From NCBI RefSeq assembly GCF_009834535.1, contig NC_045696.1, forward strand, positions 20,276,001 through 20,340,000: DNA of 64,000 nt. Reading direction: 5' to 3'. Shown one piece after another: positions 41,766 through 54,654 of this stretch. This stretch comes from Camelus ferus (Eukaryota). The notes below the pieces were generated by a model that did not search any database, was not told the origin of the DNA, and saw only the letters and a list, made by a program, of their open reading frames with translations. The position numbers were made by a program, and so were the translations under genes. The first letter of the stretch is position 1; the number at the start of each line of letters is the position of its first letter.

Positions 41766-43378
41766 CTTGGTGAAAAAGAGAATAACCAAATGAGAATTAG
41801 AACATTTAAATCAAGTTTTACATTCCCTACCCCATCTTCCCTCAACTCTGAATATGTAACATTTGGATGCCAAGATAAAACTGAACAGATCAATCTGCTT
41901 TTCTGGGAAAAACTCTTCTGAATATGTTTTAAAAAAACCCCAAAACTTCAAGTCATATAAAATAATTTAAGCAATGGCACTGAGTTTTCTGAGGATCATA
42001 TGAAGGTTTACTTAAAGTTATCCATGATAAAGTAAGTTTGTACTAAAGTTTATAAATGTTAACATAAATTTTAAAAAGACTGTTTCCTGTACTTGAGCAA
42101 CTTTTACTACATATTTTCACCAAAATATTTCCAACAAAAGTTCAAGACATTTTAGACCATCTGTTTCCTATAATTTCATATATATTGCTTCTCATGATAA
42201 TGGTCCTTTAGTTTAGAAGAATTTATAGGGTAAATTGCAATGAATATTCAATAATGATTGAGACATGAAAGAACAAAGTTAAAGAACTTAAATCAAAACA
42301 CTGCTTGTTTGATAAAATAAAATAATCTTTGGTGTATTTTTTTTTGCCTTTTTCACTATTAAAAGTATCTACATGCTATTTAACTTGGAGTAAAAAAAAT
42401 ATAAATAAGCACTGTAAGTAGATTATATGATCAATTATTAGTTTCCAAGGAACCATTACAGTCCATTAATTATTTCAAAAGTTATCATATATTCAAAACC
42501 AGATTGTTTATTCTATACATAACTAATTAATTCATTTACTCTTGACAACAGAGAAATTTCTGTACTTGTAAGTAAATAAAACTTGTATAGTATACTATAG
42601 GATATAGATGCATTCATAATTATAAAAACAAAGTTTTAAAATTTCTTTCAAATATTTGAGTTTATTTTGAAACAGTTGACTTCCAGCTTGACTGGCAATC
42701 TAATTCTGCATTGATCAAAAACACAAAGGTCTAAATTCTACTATTAGAGATCAAGTGGATTTTTTAATGAAAATATAGTTACAGTGTAATAAAATGTACT
42801 CATTTATTCTTACTTTAAAGTTCAAAATTAATTAGTCCAACAGGGTGCAACTGTTCAATCATACATGAATATTATTAACTTTATCAAAGGAAATAAAAGT
42901 GTAAAAACAAAAACAGACAGGAAATTAAGTAGCAAGGAAACCAAAAGATTCATATTGACCTTGATCTCATCTTAGATCCTAAGTTTAATTGCCATTTGCA
43001 AGGTAAACTCAATTCTAAAATCACTCTAATTTATTCAGAAAACTGACTTTCTAATTTTAGGTAAATTTTATGGAAATGAATGGAGCCCTGGTTAAAAAAT
43101 CTGAAGAAATACAAAAATTACTTGATGAAAGATTATGAAAAGTGTTCACACAATAAGTACTGTATTCCAGCAACTGTGAAGTCAAAAAGATTCTACTCAA
43201 AAATCAAAAGTATTGATATTTAATATATACTTTTTGTTCCCTTTAAAAATGTAGTGTTTGAATTTAGTTTTATGAGTTTAACCTAGTACATCATTCACTT
43301 AAGCAAAAATAACATTTAATTATTGATTATGAAAGGTCTCATGAAATTAATTTTTATGAAAAAATATTATTTAGTGAC

Positions 43379-43491
43379 CTAATTGGTTTGAGCTATATGA
43401 GATCACCAGCAGAGTGTAAGTTGAGTGCACATCTTCCAATAGATAAAAATATTGTGATAATATATGAATGTGGAGTCTTTCTGCCGAGGTC
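43379..43491 (-). pseudogene. Possible pseudo-exon, C-terminal region
   Basis: Stop-free TSAERLHIHILSQYFYLLEDVHSTYTLLVISYSSNQL (cf. WTQEKVKLHLERGYLVDL). Splice sites are weak. Confidence 0.35.
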
Positions 43492-43825
43492 CTTTTTCAG
43501 CCCCATTTAGAAAAAAATGTAGTCTCTGTCTCGTTTCCTTCAGATTTATTATATGAAAAATACTGTTTTGTACAACAGAAATTAAATCACTTTTCTGACC
43601 TATACTTTGGGACAATATTATGGTTCATTATTTGTTCATTCTCTAGCTATGGCTTAACTAAACATACACTCACCATACATACTGATGTTCCAAATTGGGT
43701 CTGTCATATCCCTCAAGAATTAAGAAGCCATCATTTATAATAATCATAGTCAATAGATTTCCTTTATGTAGAATTTAAATTTTTACTATTTTGATGTAAT
43801 CCAGAGCTATCAGTAAATTGCCCTG

Positions 43826-44633
43826 CTTGTTTTTGTGTGTGTGTGTATATATATATTTATTGAAGCATAGTCAGTTTACGATGTTGTGTCAATTTCTGGT
43901 GTACAGTATAATTCTTCAGTCATACGTAAACATACATATATTCATTTTCATATTCTTTTTCACCATAAGTTACTACAAGATATTGAATATAGTTCCCTGT
44001 GCTATACAGTATAAACTTGTTGTTTATCTATTTTATATGTATTAATTAGCATCTGCAAATCTCGAACTCCCAATTTATTCTTTGTCACCCCTCTTCCCCC
44101 GACCTGGTAACCATAAGTTTGGTTTCTATGTCTGTGAGTCTGTCTTGTAAAAAAAAAAGACAAATGAACTTAAGATTGCACATATAAATGATATCATACA
44201 GTATTTTTCTTTCTCTTTCTGGCTTACTTCACTTAGAATAACAATCTCCTGGTCAATCCATGTTGTTGCAAATGGCATTATTTTATTATTTTTTATGGCT
44301 GAGTAGTTTTCCATTGTATAAATATACCACTATTTCTTTACCCAGTCATTCTGTTGATGGACATTTAGATTGTTTCCATGTCTTGGCTATTGTAAATAGT
44401 GCTGCTATGAACATTGGGGTGAATGTATCTTTTGAATTAAGGTTCCCTCTGGATATATGCCTAGGAGTGTATCACCTCACAGTAGTTAGAATAGTTATCA
44501 TTCAAAAGTATGTCATCCAAAAATGATACATGCTGGAGAGGGTGTGGAGAAAAGGGAACCCTCTTACACTGTTGGTGGGAACATAGTTTGGTGCAGCCAT
44601 TATGGAAAACATTGGAGATTCCTCAAAAAACTA
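43826..44633 (-). mobile_element. Lineage-specific L1 3' end with 5' inversion (plus-strand part about 44470-44633)
   Basis: L1 3'UTR on minus; TSD taaattgccctg (43814) / taaactgccctg (44634). Confidence 0.92.
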
Positions 44634-46068
44634 TAAACTGCCCTGGTTTTTGATTTACTGAATATTTCATTTTAAATAACTCCTCCATTTTGACTATTCA
44701 TATTATGGTTTGGCCAATATATTGGTTTTAATTTGATTTGACTGCAAGTACATTATATTTTTACATTTTTATCCATAACACACTTCTCCTGTAAGTAGCT
44801 ATATAATTTATATGCATATATATGTGAAATTACACAGAACTCATTCTATGTGTATATAAATTGGAATAAGTTACTACTATAATCATACTTTCATACATAA
44901 GTACAAATTTCAAGAGAAACAGATACACATATGAAACACAGATAATAGAAATCCATATACGCATAATATATAACTTTTAGATTTAAGGAGTCTATTTAGA
45001 AAAACCTCTATCTTTGTGTATTAGTTCTGTTATTGGTCTCTATTTCTTTTTATCATTAATAGTCACCTGCCCAAGACACATGTTATAGGAATCATTCTTA
45101 AAGGATCATTTAAACTCCCTGACCTTTGGTTCCTGCTGTCAATTGATTCTACACACAGCAGTCTAATGAAACCATATAAAAATAGATTCCTAACCATAGA
45201 AACATGTGGATGTCCCCTCACTAAAAGATGAACTTAAACCCTGGTGTGATTCTTTATCCATCCACATTCTTTTTCACAAATAAAACAGCAAAACCAGGAA
45301 GCCCAGAGAGACCGCCCGGGTTAAGTGTTTGTGTAACTCTTTTTCTCAGTATGCAATTTCTTATTCTCTGACTGTATTTCTTTAACTGACTCTTGCAGTA
45401 TGTTCTCATTATTTCTTACTTTAGCAATGCTTCAAAATACTGTCCTTACTGAAAAGACTCTTTGTTCTGAGAGCAAGTGATGAAGGTGTAAATTTCCTGA
45501 GTAGAAGAAGAAAAGACGTGCCCTAGGAGTTTAGACCCATTTTGCCTTCATAACTTAGACAAAATCATTCAATGAGCTAATGAGCTATGAAAAATGAGCT
45601 ATGTTTTAAACACACTGTTTAGTGTAGTGAACGTTTTAGTAGGCTGGCTTCTATCATTAGAGATTGGGGTCCCATACACTGTGTTAGGGAATCCAGAAAA
45701 TATTTAACATGCTTTATGTTTTAAGAAACAGTAATAAAAAGAGTGGGGAATTGTCAAGAAAGCAGGTTTGTTTGTTTTTTTCCTTTTTGATAAGTATGAT
45801 ATATTTAACATGCCTCTTTACTCCCAATAATGTTTTACTTATTGTGCATCTATTCATACACACCTGGCTAAAAGAACAAAAACAGAGCCTGTTTGATAAT
45901 TGGAACTGGTGATGTTTAGAAAAATACTTAGAATTGACAGTGAGACCAAAGCTTAGCACAATCCTAAGAAACAGGCCAATTAAGTGATAGGTACCACATA
46001 TTAATAAAAATGTAAACCAAATGCAAGGAAACAGAGGATTACAAAAAGACTTTCCAATAAGGTCATAC

Positions 46069-46153
46069 ATTCCAAGGAAGGAGTTCTTTATATATATCAA
46101 AGATTATTTCACAAAAACATGGTGAAGCAGCTGCTTCGTATTTTCAGGGATGT
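46069..46153 (-). pseudogene. Pseudo-exon, post-CNBD helix
   Basis: Strong acceptor tttctgtttttcag| and donor AAT|GTATGA. IPENTKQLLHHVFVK*, then a 1-nt shift to IFDIYKELLPWN. Confidence 0.5.
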
Positions 46154-46330
46154 CTGAAAAACAGAAACTATCGTCTCTCTGCAGCAGTGAGATTTTTTGC
46201 TAAGATAAGATTATTTGACTTAACAGTGGCATGACATGATTTCATTATTACTGAATTACTGTGACCATACTATTTGTGTAAGACAGTATGGTTTTAACCA
46301 CAACAAAGCATCATTATGATTTTTCTTATT

Positions 46331-46427
46331 TCTTTTCTTTTTTTTTTTGATCGACGTACTGGGGATTGAACCCAGGACCTCATGTATTCTAAGCATGCCC
46401 TCTACCACTGAGCTATACCCTCTCCCC
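46331..46427 (-). mobile_element. tRNA-derived SINE (camelid Vic-1-like)
   Basis: Minus strand reads ggggagagggtatagctcagtggtagag (A box)..gggttcaatcccc (B box) then polyA. Confidence 0.85.
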
Positions 46428-46792
46428 TTTCTATTTTATTTTCAAATGATTTCATGGAAAATTTAAGAGGCTTAGCTTCCCATTTCTAGATGACTATGAA
46501 AATGACCAATAAGCGCAAGGAAAAATACCTCGATCTTATCACCAAGTAGTGAAAAATAAGATTTAGTTGTAGTCATGCCTTCATTAAAATAATGTGGTGA
46601 GAATATATTGAGAACACATTACACCTAAAACATCACAAATAAACAAACCTTTGAGTTTTCTATGTTTTAGGAAGAAGTAATCCTTCCCGTTTCACAATTG
46701 TACTAAGCTAATACAGCATTTTCCTTTTTCAGAAACCTTTTTGGTTTGGGCTAATAATAAAATAACAGCTGATATTTATTGAACGTATATTT

Positions 46793-47212
46793 GTATCATG
46801 GCAGAATTTTTTTAGCTCTCCACTAAATCCCCACTCCCGTTCTTACCTAGGAAGAGGGTTGTTCCTAGGCATGAGGCTTTCGAGCTAGAGAATTCATTTC
46901 TAGCCCTACCTTACACACAGACATAGTATATGAGATTAAATTTTTCCCATGCCAAGAACAGCATTGTGCCACTTTTGGGCCTGAGTCTGTAACTCTGTGG
47001 CCTTTCCCATATTATTCTTTTTCTCTTTCCCTTATTGATGGAACCAGACAGACTTGTAGAACCACTGTGCAAAATGCAGATTATCACAGGTTTTTGCTAC
47101 TGCCTTCCAGTAAAGCTGTCATGTGAAAGAAATACGCTTCTTTGTTTCCTTTTTTACATTATAATATTGTTTTTAAAAATGTAATAAGTTAGCCTTTTAT
47201 TTCCAGCTAATT
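46793..47212 (+). mobile_element. MLT1J-like LTR nested in a MIR
   Basis: ccactaaatccccactccc..cagagaattcatttctagccc-like motifs; MIR pieces flank it. Confidence 0.5.
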
Positions 47213-47371
47213 AGTTCAGCACATGTCATGCAATCTAAAAACTTTACATCAACTCTATAATTTAATCATCGAACAGTTTAAATAGGTAGGTACTTTTCTT
47301 GGCACTCTTCTTAGACACAAAAAGCTGTTTTATTTAGATGAAGTAATTTGCCCATGTTCACTCTGCTACTT

Positions 47372-47560
47372 CCGTATTTCATCAACTCTAAGATGCACAC
47401 TTTTTTTCATATTATAACATTTTCGAACTTAAGATGCATCTTGAAATAATCGGTATCCTACAAGTTATTTGTAGAGGTTGCCTGTGCGTGTCTAGGTGAT
47501 GATATATCAAATAATTATGTATGTTTAAAAAAATGATGTCTTACGTTTGATAAAATAAGT
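47372..47560. mobile_element. MER104-like TcMar MITE
   Basis: TIR ccgtatttcatcaactctaagatgc ... gtcttacgtttgataaaataag. Confidence 0.7.
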
Positions 47561-49199
47561 AAACATGGTGGTAAGTATTCAAAACCAGGCAGCCCTGCTC
47601 TAGAACTCTTTATCTGAAGTAGGACTTCCCTTTACAATAAAACAATTTCAGTATAACACAAAACAGTGTCTAGAAAGAGCAGTTTTGTGTGTTTTCCAAG
47701 TTGATTGATTCTGTTTATTTCAGTTTCCCATATCTCCGGAAATTTTGATTTAATAAGTAAATGAGTTTTAATCTTCCAGCATAAACAACTCTTTTGAAAT
47801 ATCCAAACAAATATAGTGATGGGGGAAGATCACTGCAATTTTTTAAAAATTTCCTTGTACTACATGAATACAAGAGAGGGTTAAATATTATCTCCTAGGC
47901 TATGTCCTGCTGTAATGCAATTAATGAATCAGACCTAATATATGGCTCAAAAGTAAGAGATGTTTGAAAAATAATCTGAATCAAGTATAAAGAGCCCTCC
48001 ACTAAGTTGCTGCCAAAATGATAATGAATTTTTCCTTTTCCTTTCTTTCCTCCTCCCTCCAATATTTATCTCTCCCTCCCTCTGTCTCTGTCTTTGTCTC
48101 TCTCTCTCTGCCTTTCTTTCTGTGGGAAACAGGGAGAAGATTTAATTTTAGTCATTTGAAAGGTTTTAAAGCAATCAGACGTGATAAAACTACATCTTAT
48201 ATTTTGGTTTATCAACCAGATTATGAACTTTTTGAAGATACAGTCTATGATTTTTATCTCTGTGCTCCAGCCCTTAGCACAGAGCCCACTACTTACTAGC
48301 TCTTGAGAGCTTGTTAAGTTTCACTGCATTTTGAAAGAATGAGGTGGTAAAAATTTTTCAATTACTTAATTGAATAATATTGAGCACCAGTTTTGTACCA
48401 ATCAGTACTCCTGGCAGAGTTCAAGTGTAAGAAACACACTTAAATCTACTTGGGTCTATACTAAAGGTATTTATTATTTATGTAATCACATTAAAGAAAA
48501 GGACAGACATTTTTGATTGCATATTTCTCCTAGTGTGCTCACTTTCCTTCATAAATTTTGACTATGTTCATAAAAAAGAAACATCAATGCTACATTTTTA
48601 TGTGACTTAAACATACAGACACATTATTCCAAAACAATCATTCTACTTTAGGAAATCTCCCTTAACAAAATGACCCTAAATCTGAAAAAATATAAGAACA
48701 TATTTTAAACATAAATGCTTATAACTGATTATATAAAGCAAAAAATTGAAAACAATAAATAACTATATCACAATAAAAGAGTAGTTGTCTTTGAGTTTTC
48801 ATAACAGGATGTATTTTTCTCTTAATTTTATTTTTCTGGGTTTATAAAAGTCTGTTATGTATAAATATTTGTACTAGGAACTGTATGGAAATTACAAAAT
48901 ATGATGTAATGCTTTTTGAGGGGTTATAAAGGCCAATCACTATGTAACAGAATTTAAAAGAATTATTACTTCATGATTCATTACAAGATTATGAGGTATA
49001 TAATATACTATTATTTCCATTTCACTGCTGAGGAAATAGCCCAAGCAGATGAAATTATAAAAAAGCTACAAAATAGGGTAACCAGGACTGGAACTCATGC
49101 AATTACAAAACTGCTTCTTGACTGATCAGTTACATTATTTCCCCTGAAAAAGAGGAACAAATACTGTCCCTCTCTGCAAGTAGCAGAGACAATTATATA

Positions 49200-49720
49200 T
49201 CTATGGACAGTATTAAACACTGCCTATAAATGAAAGTAAAATTCAGTTTGGACTGAATAAGACAAAAAAATCCTTCTCATTAATAATTAGGCTGCGGGAA
49301 GGAGAACTGGTAGACAAAGAAAATGACAGCTACTAAATTAACAGGAAATATTCTATCTCCCAAGGTCACGAAGCAACTGCAAAACGCCATAATGATCTCT
49401 TTTTTGAGTGATGACTGTGATGACTGCTTTCTTACCAATCACATTCTTTGCTAACTTCTTTTGTAGCTAGAGATACACATTTACTAAGCCATCTTCACTT
49501 TATGAGAGTAGCGATGCCTAGGTAATCCCCACTTCTCCTAATCTTGCCTCAGGAAAAGTGACATCCAAAACTAACTCTACTTTCCTTAGACCTTTCTCAA
49601 AATCATTCCACGGGATGCCAAACCTTATGAGAGATACTCCTCTGGAATGTCTCCCTTGCCACATCAAGTCAAAGCTCTGTTTTGTCAGATTACAGGTTTG
49701 TAATCTGGCTTTTGACAACA
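49200..49720 (+). mobile_element. Old ERV1-like LTR
   Basis: LTR-like composition ending ggcttttgacaaca; left boundary uncertain. Confidence 0.35.
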
Positions 49721-49789
49721 TGGATTTAGACTTTACCACATGGATTGCCTTAATGCACAACAGAACGTGATAAATACTGTTAGACAAGT

Positions 49790-50820
49790 TTAAATATTCT
49801 GCAGTTGGAGCACTGGAGAGAAAGTGATTACATTTAGTCGAAGGATCTTTGAGAGTTTACAAGAGTGTTTCTAAGTTGTAGACCAATGTGGTTGAGCAAT
49901 TATATTTCAGGATCAAGGAACATTTTGAATATGGGAAGGATATTGTCAGAAAATGTCAAAGCATTCTGTTTGGTTTGAATTAACATTAAGGATATTAAGT
50001 CTGGAAAGAGAAGTTGGAGATGTAACGTGGAATGTCCCAAATACTACAAAATAGAAGTTAGACATATCTTCTGTAGGCTTAAAGACATTTACATGATATA
50101 TGATGGCTAGATCTTTGGAATAGAACAAAAAAAAAATCTAGTGTCAGCTAAAGCATGGATTGAACATGTGAAATTTGGGACACAAAGAACATTTAAGAAT
50201 CTATCACAAAAATTTTAGTGAACACTGCAGGAAAGGGCCAGTGTCAGAATAATTAAAGTAAGAAGATATTTTTCTGTGACAATATTTGATGAGAGATAAA
50301 AAAGAAGGAACTAAAAACGTGTGCTAAGATTTTTAGTAGAAGATGGTGGCACACCTAGAAGTTGGTGATATTATTAAAGAGGGGAAGGTGAATAATTTTT
50401 TTATTTGACAGGCTGGCAAGAGCAAGCATTGTACTAATATGGAGCTACATGCTGACATCTGAAAATAAATATCTAGAATAAGAGAAGAGTGCCTGAACTG
50501 GAAAGGACAATTTGAGGGTTGTCAACATAGAAGTGACTTCTGAAAGCACATTGGTAAAGGATGTTAACAAAGGAAATAATGTGGAAAGAGAGGAATAAAT
50601 CCATTAGGAACCACATTTTAGGGAAGAGTGAATAACAAAAAAACTGGTGAATAACAGAATAAAAATGATGAGAGACATATGGAAGACAAAAATGTGTATT
50701 GCCTGTAAAAGAAAGACTTTCAAAAGGAAAGAAGTTGACAACAGTCTTATACAGTGCATTGAGTATAAGGAAAAAGAAAATAAGATTTGGTGGTTATGAA
50801 ATCACTGATGCCCCATTTAG
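49790..50820 (-). mobile_element. Old L2 fragments
   Basis: Purine-rich, with aatttgagggttgtcaacatagaagtg and gatttggtggttatgaaatcactgatg. Confidence 0.5.
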
Positions 50821-51029
50821 AAAGTACTAAGGCATTCTAAACCTTTTCCAAAGCTTTCTTTTTGAGGCAAGGATGTTAATTAAGGAATTGCCACATTTAA
50901 ATTTACATAATTTTTCTCAAATCTTCCTAGTTTCTCATTTATTTTATGATCTTTAAAGTCCTGTATTTCTTTAGTTAGAAGTTCCTATGAGTGATGGTCT
51001 TGGTAGAACGTGGCAACACAGTGCAATAC

Positions 51030-53061
51030 TTGAATGAACACAGACCTACGCCAGGAAATAAAGAGCAATGGTATAAACATGGATAAACAGTATAGAGATT
51101 CCTTTAAAAAAGCTTAAAACAGACTTACCATATGATCCAGCAACCCCACTCCTGGGTATATATCTGGAGGAAACTCTAATTCAAAAAGACACATGCACCC
51201 CAATGTTCATAGAAGTGCTATATACAATAGCCAAGACATGGAAACAACCCAAAGGACCATCAATAGATGACTGGATAAAGAAGATGTGGTGTGTATGTAT
51301 ACACACACACACACACACATAATGGTATATATATGGTATGTGCATATCTGCAATGGAATATTACTCAACCAAAAAAGAATTAAATAAAGCCATTTGCAAC
51401 AACATGGATGGGCTTGGATCTCTCCATACTAAGTGATGTAAGCCAGAAAGAGAAGGAAAAATATCCTGTGATATGACTTATATGTGGAATCTAAAAAAAA
51501 AAATGAACTTCTTTACAAACAGAAACAGACTTACAGACATAGAAAACTTGTAGTTATTGGAGGGAAGAGGTGAGGTGGAGGGATAAATTGGAAGATACTA
51601 CTAAATAAATATATATAATAAATAGTAATAAATATTATATATTATATACATATAATAGATAAGCAGCAAGGTCCTACTGTATAGCATAGGAAACAATATT
51701 CAATATTCAATACTACATATACATATATATACATGTGTATATAACTGAATCACTATGTTGTACCCCAGAAATTAACACAACATTGTAAATCAACTATACG
51801 CAATGAAAAAACAAATTAAAGAGCAACTGTAATTGGCAAGACCATCTGAAGCAACTGCTTGTATTCAGAGCACTGTGCCATCCCCACTGTTCTATGAATC
51901 CATTACTTAAGAACAGTTGATTTGTACTTAAGTATAAACCTTTGAGGTCATTTAAGCTCAAAGAATATATACCATATATTTGAATACTGTGGGTAACTTC
52001 AATGAATGTTTCATCGATAATCTTTCCTTGCACACACATCTGATTTATTGTGGCTCCACTGCTGCTAACTCACCACATAGGCAAGATGCCAAACAAGTTA
52101 ATTTTCCCATGAATGTGAGCACTTTTACCACTTATCATTTTTGCCAGTTTTTCTTTTTCTAATACATGAGTATCATTGTCAACACGAGAGCTAGGTAACA
52201 TTTTATAACTTATCTTTTATCTGTTGAGTCATTCTGGGAACTGCCAAGAGCAACTTTCAGAACAATGCTGGGTCAATTACTGCAATCACTTTCTCTTCTT
52301 TCTCTCAAAGACACTGGCCATTTAAGTCACACCTTAGTTCTGAATGGTCTCTTGATTTTAAACTTCCTGTTGAAAGATTCACTGACTTCTCACATAAGAA
52401 TCAATTTATTAATGTTTCCAGAGCTTTTGACATATTGGAAAAAGTCACCTTCACATCACTTTCAACACCATTTTCACCAAGTAATCATTTCTCTATTAAT
52501 TTAAGTGGGAAAATCTTCCTTTATGTTCTTCATAAAAATTTTTTATATTCCTCTTGCCTTGACCTAAACATCTTGCATTCTACAACAACCTTATTGATTT
52601 AGTCTTCATTTTAATTGTGACACATAATAATCATCTTCATTTTCTTTTTCCTGATGGGATACTCTTTTTTCTCTTCAAATTCTTTCTCAAAATTTACTTA
52701 TTCATTCCATTCTGAACTCTCCTTTGGTAATTTCACAATTGCCAAAAGAAACAAAAAAAAAAAACTAACGCCTATAAGCTGGACCCAGCTTAGTTTTCTA
52801 TTACATGAAAGTGAATGACAGTGGGGAAAACCTTGCCGTTCCAAACACAGGTAAAAGAACTGCTCTTCAAAGTATCTAGTGAGTATTTTGAAATACTTTG
52901 ATGAGTTGTATTACTTTCTATACATGCAAAACTATTTAAAATATTTCCAAGGAAATTACTTTTTTACTTGCATTGAATTATGCCCTTTCTTGAACATACC
53001 ACTGGAAGTTTCCTTACATTTCTACAGGAAGCCCTTCTCAAAGCTCCATTCATCTTTTTAC
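51030..53061 (-). pseudogene. Large pseudo-exon (linker through CNBD), split by an L1 insertion
   Basis: An 88-codon stretch with one stop contains KGII..NSF..SLDTLKS..VFP. Then NMSKALETLIN*FLCEKSV; DNDTHVLEKEKLAKMISGKSAHIHGKINLFGILPMW*VSSSGATINQMCVQGKII..YGIY..GWHSAL..SCQLQLLF [L1] ISWRRS. Confidence 0.65.
51074..51816 (+). mobile_element. 5'-truncated L1 3' end inserted in a pseudo-exon
   Basis: ttaccatatgatccagcaaccccactcctgg..; TSD taaagagcaatggta (51059) / taaagagcaactgta (51817). Confidence 0.93.
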
Positions 53062-53071
53062 CTATATATTC

Positions 53072-53477
53072 TGCTATGGATTGAATGTTTTGTTCCCAAC
53101 CCACCTTACCCCTGCAAATTCGTATGTTGAAATTCTAACCCCTAAGGTGATGGTATTAGGAAGTGAGGCCTTTGGGAGGTGGTGAGATCATGCGGGTAGA
53201 GTCCTCATGAACAGGATTAATAACCTTATTAAAAATAAAAACAAACAGACAAACAAAAAAACCCCAGAGAACTCCCTCCCTCTCTCTTTCTAGCATGTGA
53301 GGATACAATGAGAAATGGCTGTCTGCAACCCAGAAGAGGACTCTCATCAGAACCTGATCATGCTGGCACCCTAGTCTCAGACGTCCAACCTCTAGAACTG
53401 TGAGAAATAAACGTCTGTTGCTTACAAGACACCCAATCTATGGGACTTTGTTATGGCAGTCCTAACTAATTAGGACA
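53072..53477 (+). mobile_element. MLT1A-like solo LTR
   Basis: tgctatggattgaatgttt..taggaca; TSD tattc/tatcc. Confidence 0.9.
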
Positions 53478-53660
53478 TATCCCTAAATGTGTATCTAAAA
53501 TACCAACTCCCCAAGCAGACTCTCCAACTCCCAGCCTCGCCTCAATCCTGCCCTGAGCCCCTGCTGCCTTTTTTTTTTAAGCTTTCACAGTATTAGTTTT
53601 GTGTTCAGTAAGAACTACAGTATCATGAAAACTGTGCATGGCCACAAAAGGAACCCAGAC

Positions 53661-53906
53661 CTTGTTAACAAAATGTGGCCTCTCTCATCAACTCATCTTC
53701 TGCGGAACTCTTAGATTCATTTCTTCACTATCATTTTGCTGCCTATGCCTTTGCCTGAACCCATATTCGAATTACATCTACTTTGCTACAATCATCTACA
53801 GTCTAGTACCTGTCATTGAATATTTTCAACATTTTTAGGTAGGAAACAGAAATCTACCTTTTCTCTCAATATCCACACTACCCAGGGAGCATCATTTCTG
53901 TCACAC
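53661..53906 (-). pseudogene. Pseudo-exon, start of the cytosolic helical domain
   Basis: Acceptor tttagtaacag|GT (phase 1). GVTEMMLPG*..SYLKMLKIFNDRY*TVDDCSKV (cf. GMSDISIP..LNMLKSDRFLADADW). Donor AAG|GTCTGG. A weak last-TM remnant ILFELVF*NTLII lies at about 53990-54034. Confidence 0.6.
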
Positions 53907-54206
53907 CTGTTACTAAAGAGCTTCACTGTCTGAGGATAATTGGTGCTTCTGGAGTTATTTCTAACTAGAACCTCTTCCAGCAATCATTACTAACAAATTA
54001 TCAAGGTATTTTAGAACACAAGTTCAAATAAAATTATATTACTTTCCTTATTTATTCATGCATTTTTCTCTTAAAAAAATTTTCAAACAACTAGTAAGGA
54101 AGACACAGACATTAAATACAAGTCTAACTTTTTGCAGGTGTATCTCCCCTGTGGACTGTCAATTTTATGAGGGATCTTTCAGTTGATTTGTCTCCATATG
54201 CCTCAG

Positions 54207-54619
54207 TGTTGGAGGAGGTCATTGAGAGGACATGACTCCTAGCTGATCCACAAGCTGGACCTGAGCAGTCAGAGGCTCCTTACCCTTTTCCCTGACCTTG
54301 GAATGCACATTCCAATTGCCTTTCCTATGGGAGAAGCTGCCTCACGGACATAGCCTTGATATTGTGGTGTGGTGCTGAGATCATCTTGAGGGTGTGCATA
54401 ACTAATCGCAGTAAAAGTTTCTATATGAACTTTAAAATTCTGGTGATGAGTGCAAAGATATACTTGTTTTGAGCCACCCAAGACAAGTCTTGTACTTATT
54501 AAGCCAGCCACCTACCAATATGGAGTGATCTGCCTCTTTCTTCAGTCCCTTCTTACCCTCCTCATAAGGGGGCCAGTGTCAGATTACACCCAGGAAACTC
54601 CTAAGTTTGTGAAGCAACA
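54207..54619 (+). mobile_element. Solo LTR, 413 bp, family unassigned
   Basis: TGTTG...CAACA termini with a perfect 5-bp TSD ctcag/ctcag. Confidence 0.85.
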
Positions 54620-54654
54620 CTCAGGACAACTAGAAATAAGATTTTCTTGAGCAT

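Noticed and set aside
46355..46427. tRNA gene
   Set aside because: PolyA tail and imperfect stems indicate a SINE.
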